Shown here: positions 12,259 to 23,420 of the stretch, in pieces
Position numbering within the stretch: the first letter of the stretch is position 1
Layout of the letters: each line of letters begins with the position of its first letter
NCBI GenBank assembly: GCA_030265395.1
Contig: JARFYF010000046.1
Span: 14,870,082 to 14,934,081, forward strand
Direction of reading: 5' to 3'
Length of the DNA stretch: 64,000 nucleotides
Source of the DNA: Rhina ancylostomus
Taxonomy: Eukaryota
Program-made: the position numbers and the translations under genes
The notes under the pieces: model-generated
What the model saw: the letters and a program-made list of their open reading frames with translations, nothing else
Database searches by the model: none
What the model was told of the DNA's origin: nothing

Positions 12259-12599
12259 TTCTCACTGCGTTCCGGGTCACATTCATTTCCCGCAAGCACC
12301 CAATCTAGTCACATCACACCACCTCTTTAAGAGGTGCAAGCTCACTTCAATGTGATCAGCCAGTCAACAGCATGATTAACACGAGCTGGATGCTGAAATC
12401 ATTGTAATGAGCAGGCTGCAAGAAATAGGAAGATGTCAGCATCACAATCAACAGATGTGGGTGAACTGCAGTATGGAACCTTAGACCCTATTACAAGGGT
12501 GATGTGCTTTATGCTTTGTACACAACCTCCAAAGATAGCCTCATCAAGGTAAGTAGATATTTAAAAGATATTGCCTGTGTACTTCTTATTTTTGGAATC

Positions 12600-13020
12600 A
12601 CGGATTCAAGCTATGCTGTCTTTGTTTTGTCTCCTTGCTAAACCCATCCTATTTGTCAGTGCCTCACTCACTCTTTGTTGCCCTATACTTTATTCCATTT
12701 CAAATATATTCAATTATTCCTTAAAAAATTTAACAGCTTCTGCCTTAAACGGACTCTGCAGTAAAACGTTCTGTTCTCCACCAGCTCTCAGCATACATTC
12801 TTGTAACTTCCCTCCTCACTCTCAATGGCAGTTTGAAGTGTTGAGCTCTCATCACTGACACCCAGCAAGAGGAAATAGTCTTTCTCTCTTAACAGTATGA
12901 AAACCTTTCATAATTTTAACAGCTTCCATTAAATCCCATTTTAGTCTTCTCTGCACCGGTGGGAATAATCTCAGTATCTCAAGTCTCTGCTCATAAATAT
13001 AGCTTCTTATTTCTGTTACA
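12600..13020 (-). mobile_element. CR1 LINE 3' fragment
   Basis: ORF 12852-13085 contains LEILRLFPPVQRRLKWDLMEAVKIMKGFHTVKRERLFPL, the CR1 ORF2 C-terminus. Confidence 0.8.
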
Positions 13021-14869
13021 GTGCAGTGTGAAAAGCCAGTAGAAAGGTTCGCAATTTTGTAACAGACTGCATTGGCCTCCGACAAGGCAAACAGATATTC
13101 CTGTGCTAACTTTCTCCTTCAATGTCTTCGGTGTGTCTGTTTAACCCAGAGGAGAAAAGTTTTTACTCAGGCCATGAGCAATTCTGCTCCATATAGTTGA
13201 CAGCAGCTGAATATTCCATTCAGTCTCTCTCACTATAGAGTTGCATATCACCCCACATAACAGAAACAGAAGTGCACATTCTTCCACTTTGTTGTTCAGG
13301 ACTTCTGCCTGCCAGGATCTGAAACATGCCATTAATTTTTTTTAGACTGATACATTTTGAATGTCTAATATGGGCATTGGATATTTTTACTTTCAATATT
13401 AGTTTCAGCACAGCTTTGTGGGCCGAAGTGCCTGAATTGTGCCATAGTTTTTCTATGTTCTATGTTCTAATATACAGTATAATATACCCCATGTCTTCTG
13501 ATATAGAAATGCAATCAATAAATGTTTTCCATACAGTTCAAAATCAGCAGCAAAATCAACATTTGGAATTCAAATCTGACTGCTACTTGAAGTAAAAGAT
13601 TAGCAATGAACTTGTTGAATGATGGAGTAAGTTTAAGTGATCATAATTCCTACTGCTGTTCTTATAAACTGTGATCATCACCACCCATTTGCCACCTTCT
13701 CCACATTCTGGCCCTGTCTGTTTTTGCAACTGCAAACGTTAGAAGTCCTAATATGGTTGTGCATTGGGTGCTTGAACATTGGAGTTGCCATTATTTAACA
13801 GTTTCATGTTTCACATAAAAACAGTAATAAAGCATTCACTTGTGACTGCATGAAGAAAAAATTTCCATTCAATTGGCATTCTGGACTGCTGTTGTTTTTT
13901 CCTGTTTATGATTAAGGAAGATGTTTATAGTTTTGTGTGTATGTTAAATACTCCCATGCTGGTCACTCCTGAAAGTAATTCCAGTATTGTACATTCATGA
14001 GTGTGTCTATATTGACCAGATTCAAAAATTGCAGAATAGCATAAATGTGATGGTCAATCATGGAACACATTTGTAATGGGAAATGGATAACTTGCTTTCC
14101 AATGTGGCTTTCTCTATTTCCATATGCAGACCAGATTGAGATAAGCCCCTGGCGGAAATCATCAGCTATATTAGATATACATTTTTGGCCTTGCACATAA
14201 TTGTGGTTAGGTCTGAATTTGAACACTGTGATCAATTTTGACCTTATATGTGGTAGATGTTAAGAGTCTTGGAAGGAGACAAAGATGGGTCAAAAGATTG
14301 TTTTTCAGTTTAAAACAGCTGAATTACTCAGAAACAGAAACAATTCCCAGGGCTCAGGGCAAATTTGTTCAAGCTTTCCCCCCAAATAGAGAACCTGTGA
14401 AAGTGATTCACTACATTCCTTCAAGAAAGAAATGGATAGCGCTTCACCTGCACAACCAGTAAGTTGTGTAGGTGAATATTATTAATTAGCATCTGCACCA
14501 TTTCCTAAGCTAACTGTGATCTCCTGAAGGGGTTGGATTGAGTGTCCTTGTTGCTGTTTACCCCAATTTGTCCAGTGGTTTTCTCTGTTTTTTTCACTTG
14601 TCCTGGGAGTTTACCTGGTTCTGGGCAGCTGAGAATGTTTGTATTATAATGCACAAGGCATTATGATTATGTGGAGCATGGTAAGTGGTAGGTGTGGAGG
14701 TAAGTTCAATGCACAGATGTTTTCATGTATGTATGTGTACATGTCTAATTTCCCAGATCTTGTTTTGCTAAAGAAAATTGAAGTGGTTGTGGAGGCATGC
14801 AATCAAGACTACAGCAATATACAATTGTTCTTCAGTATTGTAATATCATGCAAGAAAAGTTATCACGTT

Positions 14870-15250
14870 ACTGAAGGAAGATAATCAACATGAAACAGAG
14901 CTCCGTTTCTCTCCCCACAGATGCTATGTAGGTGCTGCCTGACCAGCGGAGTACTTCCAATGTTCTGATTTACCCGAATTCTATTGACCCCAGTCCTCTG
15001 TTTCTCAGGTCCAGCATTGTTTTTGTTCTGTCTCTTCTCATCCCTATTCCTGCTTCTCCTGACAGAACAGCTGTGATCTACAAGCCTTCACCACTATCTC
15101 TCAGCCAGAACCACTACCATTTGTGTTGTTTAGTCTCTCTTTGTTATCCCCATTGTCCCACTCACTGCTTCATTGCAACTTAAAATTCATTATTTTACAA
15201 TTATTCTACTTTTATTTCAGATTTCCAACATCTGCAGTATTTTATTTAAG
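14870..15250 (+). mobile_element. Non-autonomous Penelope-derived fragment
   Basis: ctgaaggaagataatcaacatgaaac...tctccccacagatgct...gctgcctgaccagcggagtacttcca...; ends ttttatttcagatttccaacatctgcagtattt. Confidence 0.55.
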
Positions 15251-15877
15251 AAAAATGACCATTTCATCCTTTGATCCTCATTGGGATCATTGCAATTTCA
15301 GAGAAATGAAAGTAATGGAAAACTGGAAAAGGGACAATGTTGAAATGATGTTTGGATAATGCTGGTGTACAATGCATTTTTTTGGCATCAGCAATTATTT
15401 TGGTGGTGCAGGAGATTTCATAAAAATGCATTAAGTATCTATCCAATAGTGTCCCAATGTATGAGTTCAGGCTGTAAGGCTTTCTATATTTATTTAAATG
15501 TCATTTCCCAACAGACAACAGCAAAGTTACATAGAACTTTATTTTGCAGATGTGACAAAATATGTATTATGTAAAGCTCAAAGTAAATGTACTAATCTTG
15601 AAATAAGTTAGGCAGAAGGCAACAGAATTATTTGAATCCTTAGCTGGTCAGCAACTTGAACTGTAACAAAGTACTGAATGTCATAAATGGTTTTGTTTTA
15701 TTTTTCCTATGGCATTAAATAATGTCATTATTACATTTTAACAACATCAAGTTGCACTGCAGGAAATTCCATATAACTGAGACAAAGTTGCACAACCCAA
15801 CAAAAGATATCAATGAGTCTTAAAAGTCAAGACGTCAATGAAGGAAAAGGTGGAAACAAATTGTTAAAAAAATAATA

Positions 15878-16015
15878 CATAGAACAGAACAATACAGCAC
15901 AAGAACAGGCCCTTAGATCCATGGTGTCTATGCTGAACATGATGCCAAATTAAATTAAATCTCTTCTGCCTGCACATGATCCATATTTCCTGCATATCCA
16001 CATGCCTATCTAAAA
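15878..16015 (-). mobile_element. CR1 3' tail
   Basis: catagaacagaacaatacagcacaagaacaggccctt...; reverse complement of the CR1 3' UTR and microsatellite. Confidence 0.7.
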
Positions 16016-18029
16016 ACTTATATAGCAATTGTCATTGAATTTACCCTTGCACCAGGTATCCTTGTTGCACATCTATGCAGGGTCTGGTCTTGATCACAAT
16101 ACTCTTTAATGAGTTTATGAGAAATTATACCCTAACAGTATCTGCCACTAAAGTAACAAATTCTTTCATTGTTTCCTTGCCGGCCACACATTTCAAATTG
16201 CTTAAGATTATATTTACTATCGATATCTATTGTCCTCAGTGTGGTAAAATTTCCACAACTCAATGCTTCCAATGTATTCAGACCATACAAAAAAAATCAT
16301 CACACCGATGTTGTTGCTACCTATATGAGTCAAAACAGCATTGGTGCCAGCTTCATTGCTACTAGTTTTTGTGAAGGGAACTTTAAATTAGAGTTGCACA
16401 GAAGGGAAGGAACAAGGGACTGCAAAAGGACAAGAATGTTCTTGTCCTTCCTGGAATTTCCATTCATTCATCATGAATACATTATTTCTTGATGTTCCAT
16501 TTTTTAGGCAAAAATGAACTCTTTAAAAGCTGAGTACAGATTCCACATTGAATACAAACGGGCAAGTTCAGATACTGTTTCTCTGATCTTTCAAACTCTT
16601 ATCATCTCCAGTTGGAAGCTATAATACAGAGATTCAATTGGAGAATAAACTTCTTCTGCTATGATTGCGACTTGTTGGGGATGAAATTAAGGGATTTTAA
16701 AGGAAAAACTAACCACTGTTGTGGAGCTAGAGTTTAAAGCAAAGATTAGCAATGGGGTTGCACACAATCATTTTGAACTATTTTGGGCACCTGGCAATTG
16801 TAGTTCACTACATCTTGCTGTTATACAAGTCAGCATGACAGTTAAAACAGCAGGCATTGCTATATCTATTCATTTCCCAGGAGTAAAATACTTATTAACT
16901 TTTTCTGTTTTACACTTCAAATTGAATACGAAGATTAATGTAACAGAAAGGATCAGGTACTTCTAAATTACACCACAATCTTACCCTCAAAATATTTCTT
17001 CCCTATATCCTACCAAATTACCAAATTATTCCCAAAGTGATTACTAATGTTGACTAGTGCTGAAGGGAAAACAGCTTTTGTCCATTGGAATAAATGTAAA
17101 ATTATGTGTTACTAATGAACAAGAGATTACACCTGTGTCATGTCATGAAACATCGTAATCTGCCAATGTTAAAACAGAACACTCCCTGACAAACTGATTC
17201 AAAATCATTAACTTCAATGGAACCCAACTTGAGAAATAGCATTCCATATATATGCATTATTATTTTATGCATTCAGCACATAATACAAATTTCTATCTCT
17301 ACACAGTAAAGAACATTCAGAGACAAAGAATATAATAAGTGAAGAACATGATTCTATCTTTACCCTCTTTCTGTCAATTAAATAGAAAGTTGTTCATACT
17401 TCAACCAAACATATTTTAAGGGTTCACAATTCATTATCTTCATAAAACATTTATTTTGTATGTTTAAAGGACAACAGTTTCAGTTGCACAACTTCTAATT
17501 TTTCCTTTTGTTACTTTTTAAAGAAAATCTTGTCAGTGTACAGACCCTGCTATAATATTGATGATGTGGCACTGATTACTTATACTGCTGGTAATTTATC
17601 TCAATTTATGTACCAGATGCATAGAAGCAGTGAAAGGAGATGAAGGAAAGTGTCATCAACACCACACTTAAAGAATTGGTGAATGCACATGGGATGGGAT
17701 TCAGTTACTTAGGCAAACTTAATACCGGAGATAAGAGTAACATTCAGTAAGGGATTGGCAAGATGCTGGGACCTGAGGGAAATGTAAAGTTAAAGATTTC
17801 TTTGTGATGGAATTAAGTTCAATAGTAAAATTATGACAACTTAAAAATACTTTTTGATAATACAAGATACGTCAAGGTAATTAAATGTCTCTAATTATGT
17901 GAATTTGAATTGCTTTGATGAACATGAATTTCATTATCCATTGTAACTTTTAATAACAATGGTATTCTGTTCTATAAAATGGAAAAATATGTAACTTTAC
18001 TTTTTATTAGTTTATGGAATAAAAGTTTC

Positions 18030-18100
18030 TCTGGCAGCATTTATTGCCCACCCTTGATCGGCCTTGAAAAAGTCACGGTGAGCTGCCATTTGAACCGCAT
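18030..18100 (-). mobile_element. LINE 3' tail fragment (same family as 11690-11968)
   Basis: gcagcatttattgcccacccttgatcggccttgaaaaagtcacggtgagctgccatttgaaccgca. Confidence 0.6.
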
Positions 18101-18471
18101 TGAAAGTTTTCTCTAATGCATTAGGATTTTAAAAAAGGAGATACTAAAATAATTTGTATCAGAATGCAGATTTGAATCTAGTCTGGATTTGATTGTATTT
18201 GACTACTTTATGAAAAATGGCTTCAGAGTATACTTAGACACAAGATGTGTAGAAACTGTCTTGTCAGGGTCTTTACAAAAAGTAGCAGCAGAAACTGTGC
18301 TTGTCTGCTTGAGCTGAATTACAGAAATTTTCCCATAGCAACAAGGAATTAATTATGTGTGATGAACTGTGGTGATTTTTTTGCTCAGATTGAGGCATTT
18401 GGTCTGAGGATTATGAAACTCTACCTTTCAAAACAAGGAAAATATGTATAATTCACATATATATAAGTTGG

Positions 18472-18692
18472 AGGCACAAGAGATTGCAGATGTTGGAATC
18501 TGGAGGGAAAATCAAACTGTTGGAGGAACTCAGTTGGTCAAGCAGCATCTGTGGAGCAAAAGGAATTGTGAATGCTTCAGGTCAACACCTTGCATCAGGA
18601 ATGATGCAGGGTCTTAACTCGAAACATCGACAGTTCCTTTCATCCTACAGAGGCTGTTCGACCCATTGAGTTCCTCCAGCAGTTTGCTTTTG
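18472..18692. mobile_element. Palindromic (fold-back) Penelope-terminus element
   Basis: Left arm caaactgttggaggaactca...gcagcatctgtgga...ccttgcatca is the imperfect reverse complement of the right arm tgatgcagggtc...cctacagaggctg...tgagttcctccagcagtttg; centre at ~18600. Confidence 0.85.
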
Positions 18693-21449
18693 ATGGTTCC
18701 AAGCCAGCAAGGGTCATGGTACTTTTTGGGGCTTATCTAGTGCCATCGTTTTGATCTCTGGCAGAAACCATTTTGATTGATCTTTCTAAGGGCTGATTTT
18801 ATAGACATGTGAACTCAACAGGCTTGAACAAAACAAATAAACTTCTTAGAAGATGAAATTCAACCTTCACTATTTTGTATGTTAAGAAATAGCAATTACA
18901 AACTTCCATAAAAGCCGTAAGACATTGAAGTATTGCAGGAGGCTTTTCAAATTACCCCAGTTTAGTCCATGCAGAATAATAAGGTACTAATTCTCTCAAG
19001 ATTATTCTGGCAATGTCATAATCCATGAGAACAGTACTTTATAAAACACTAGTGTCTTTTACATCACCTATTCAATCACTAATAATTGACAGAAATAAAT
19101 AAGATTTTCAGGTCTTGGCATTTATTGTCCTGAAATAAGTGAGCCTCAGTTACTAATGTTTAACATTCAGAACTGTGAAAATTACCAGAAAGGATAACTT
19201 TTGCCCTCATCAGTTGTGTATATGTACTTTTGTGAGTATACTATTGTGGCAATATGAACAATAAGGACATAAAGTGACATGTTTCTAACATTATAAAAAA
19301 AATAGAACATTGTTTGAAGAAATGAGGAAGTCAAGAAACACCAAGGGTAAGTTGTCACCATTCAGTTCTGCTTTGAGCATTCAAACCATTTCTCAGAAAA
19401 GTACCTCCCTCCCTGAGCTCAGTTGCAGAAGTGTAACAATCTCCAGTTTCATCCTGAACTCTTCTCTTACACTCTAGCAATTCATTTGGGCATTTCTATA
19501 TTTATTATCCTTTCCANNNNNNNNNNNNNNNNNNNNNNNNNNCTTCCACACTAAAATCTCTTCAATTCCCCTTACCTAGCTGCATAAAGTTAGTTCTTCT
19601 AACATATTTCTTGCTGTTGATTTCTTCATATTCCTTTTATCTTCTGCTTGGACACACTTCAAAATCACTTTAACCATGTTTTTGGACTTCACTTTCAACT
19701 TATGATCTGGAGGCTTTGTTCTTGACTGATAAGTGACTGATAAGGCCTCCCCTTACCACTTCTTCATCTCCAATACTATCCAATTGCCTGCGCTTAGTCC
19801 TTCTACCCTCATAATATTCATCCAAGGCAATGGAGTACTGGGTGCTCCTCTGAATTATATTTCATTCCCTCCCAGCTAAATTCCTCATCTGCATTCAATG
19901 GATAAATCTTGGTCTCCCCAGGAGAAATAAAAATTACTTTCCATCGATGGAGCATGGTTTTGGAGGTGAGTTGTTATTTAAATGTACAAATACAAGTCAA
20001 ACCCAATACATTTCTAATTTCCTGGGATGGAAATTCGTTTGGACAGGTAAAGCATTATCTGTCTGGACTGTGAACAAAAATTTACATCTGATCAATATTT
20101 TATTGAGTCCTTACTGAGGATGAAGTATGATGTACAGCAAGATTTTTATAAATATTCTCAGCTGCTCTCATTATACATCTATATAATAAGTCCTTGCATG
20201 CACTTTCAGAAAATTTACCTTTCTGATGCTGGTGAATAGCAGGCATAGACAGATAGGTTTAAGCTCACTGTTGCTGAGATTTGCTTTCCCATGGTCAGTG
20301 ACTCTATGCTTCTAAATTTCAAAATGCCAGTCTTTTCATATTGATATTTTACTGAAGAAGTTATCTATAGAGATAAAGAGCAGGGTTGGTGAAACAAATT
20401 AAATGGCTAAAAATTCTCCTCAGATTCGTTCCCATGGACTGTGTTCATCCAGGATACTGCACCAATCCACACTTCTCTGCCATTATCTCTTGCATTTTCT
20501 GCTTCCCTCCAGAGATGGCATCCCACATCTAACACACGAACCAAGTACAGTGCCAATGGCACTTGAGATGTCAGCTTGTAGCCCTTGATGGGTCTCTTGA
20601 AAAGGGGGCCTCCAAGCATGATACTTTCTGCAACTGCCCAGTCAAAACCAGTTCAATAAAAGCAATGCATTAGCTGCTAGACTATAGACAGAGCTAGATC
20701 CTGCCTTCAGTTACAGTTCACTACCTCACACAGTAAAATCTAAATATGAAACTGTACAATTCCAGTGCTTAGTTTTTGCATTATTGGTGAGGAGTGATGA
20801 AATTATTGTATTAGAGCCATTGGGGAATCTGCATAAAATGTTGCCTTATTTCTAGACACAGAAATGTGACGAGTTGGCAATGAACAACTTGGCAGTTGGT
20901 TTAGTTAAATAATCTTTGCTTGTAATTGTATCAACCTTAAAGTAATATGACTGAACAAACAATTAAAAATGTTTCATTGCCAGAAAATGGTTCATTAAGC
21001 AAAATGTTGTAAACTGAGAAGGTTAGGTGAAATGCAGTGTGGTATTTTGTTAGAGTGTTTTTCTATGGGCAGAGAATGGTGCACTATTCATTATAATGAA
21101 AAATAGGCTTTAAATCAAAGACAAGTACTCTTAAAACTCAGTGGCGTTACAGCAAAAATCTGTAAACTGAATTTGTGTTAATCCAGGTATACCTGATGCT
21201 TGGAAAGATTATTAGGTGCAAGTATGCACTGTGAAACCAAAAGTGTACTGCTTTCATCCACTTCTCTGCAAAGAAAGATATTAATGTAAACAGGTGACAA
21301 CCGCTCAGGGGCTGAGGAAGTAAGGAGTTAAGCCAAGACTTTGGTCAGGTCATCTGCCCATCTTCTCAGGCACAGATTAGTGAATGAACATGGAGTGTTC
21401 TTGGTGTGAGACAAAAGTCTTTCAGGAAGGAGGCACAGAAAATACTTTG

Positions 21450-22030
21450 TACAAGATTTGTAAGCAAAGTTGAAGACCTTGGTATTATAAAGGCAGTGAG
21501 GCAAAATGTAGAGAGCAGAGAGTGGAGAACAATTGGAAATGTTTCTTTTAAAGACTAGGTAGACAATTTACATTTGCCAAGGGCTGGTACAAGAATCACT
21601 GCAATTGTTGGTTTATATCAATGGGCTAGACTTGGGATACAAGGTGTGATTTTCAACAAGGAAATTATGTTATTCCTTTCTAAACATTAGTTGGGTCTCA
21701 TTTGCAATATTGTGTTCAACTGTCAACAACACATTTTAGCAACTGGGCAACAGACTTAACAGAGTGGCAACAGGGATGAGGAATCTCACATGTCAAGAGA
21801 ATAGAGAAGCTGAATTGTTCATCTTAGAGCAGAGAGAATTCCTTGGGGATCTGACAGATGCTTAAAATTATGAATCATTTTGATAGATTAAAATAGGAGC
21901 AATTACCCAGTGACATAAGGAAAATATAGACAGGTCTATAAAGGAAGAATAGAGTGGAATTAATTGGAGAGCTTTACCAAAAAGCCACAAGGGGCTGTAC
22001 TAGCTCCTCATTCTCCATACCATTATACAA
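21450..22030 (+). mobile_element. Old, internally deleted CR1 fragment
   Basis: tatatcaatgggctagacttgggatacaagg...ggtctcatttgcaatattgtgttcaac...catcttagagcagagagaatt...cttaaaattatgaa. Confidence 0.6.
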
Positions 22031-22967
22031 CTCTATATGTTTCTCAGATATCTAAGACATTATTTGCTCCTATACAGATAAATGCCAAGAACAACAGAAA
22101 AATAAAGTCATCAGTTTGGATCTTGGTGGAATCTCAACAAATTTGCAACTTTGAGAAGTTTTAGGGGGACTTACAGTCCTTATTTTTATCACCTGAGTAC
22201 ACAAGTGAAAAATGTGGCATGTTTAATTGCAGTCTATTCAGATATTTATACCTAGTCTGCACATAGATCTGTAGTAGGTCTGTAGCATTGTGCCAGAGCA
22301 AACTGGATTCTGCTGACTTTTTGCATAGCTAGGATAAGTATATGAACTTTTGAAAAGGAACTGGCCTAGAAATTCTATCACATGGTGCAATATTTATGTG
22401 AGATGTGTGATTAAATTACAAGGAAGAAAATTCTTGTTAAATAAAATCAAGGACTTACAGCTCAGATCCCAACCACAATAATGTTCTTTCCAAGTCCTTT
22501 ATGCATCTGACACGATAACATGCAGAGGAGCCCAGACATGCATAATAGCATTCACAAACCTGGAAAAACTTGGTGATTTTCATTTTCAATGTATGGTCCA
22601 CACACCAGGGATTCAAACCTCATGGACCCGTGCTGGGTATTGGCTTCTGTGAGGTCAACTTTAACTTATTCTTCATGGTTGCTCTCCTTTTAGCTCCTCA
22701 ATCTTACTTCCATCCCAACTGAGGCAAGATCCTGGCCTACCTTCCCCTAAATCTATTCGTGACCAAGAATCACCACATCCCACTGTTGATCATGATCACA
22801 CCAGGTGGACCGGACCTATCCTAAAGCTCTCAACCCTTCCCAAACAACTAAACCCAAGCCCCTCACCTACCTGATCATCTGTCCCCTCTTGCCTGCAGCC
22901 CACCATCTCAATCAGTGAACTAGACCCATGGAGGCCAATCTTCTCCATGTTTTCCACAATGATGGAC

Positions 22968-23420
22968 AACATAAGAAAATGAGAAATAGAAACAAGAAGG
23001 GGTCATTTAGCCATGTGTGCCTGCTCAGCCATTCAGTCAGATCATGGCCTATCTTTTACTTCAGCCCCATTTTCCTGTACTAGCTCTATTTTCCATGATT
23101 CTCTTACTAAAAACTTAGTGATCTGTCTTGAATATACTATGCAACTGAACCCCCACAGCCCACTTTTGGGTAGACAATTCCAAATATGTACTGCCTCTGA
23201 ATGAAGAAAATCCTCTCATCTCTGTCCTGAATGGTCAATTCCTTATTTTGAGACCTTGTTCATTTAAGACCTTGACTTTATTTTGAGATCTTTTTCAGGG
23301 AAAACATCATTCCTATATCTACCCTGCCAAGTCCATAAGAAATCATATTTTTTGAAATTCTAGAAAGATTAGCCCCAGTCTATTTAATCCCTTATCAAAC
23401 AACCTTACTACTAACCCCTC
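22968..23420 (-). mobile_element. CR1 LINE 3' fragment
   Basis: aacataagaaaatgagaaatagaaacaagaaggggtcattt tail; ggtagacaattccaa...ctctgaatgaagaaaatcctctcatctctgtcctgaatgg. Confidence 0.75.

Noticed and set aside
12433-12548. ATG-initiated frame MSASQSTDVGELQYGTLDPITR ending at AAG|GTAAGT
   Set aside because: Overlaps the probable subterminal region of the Harbinger element; no recognisable homology
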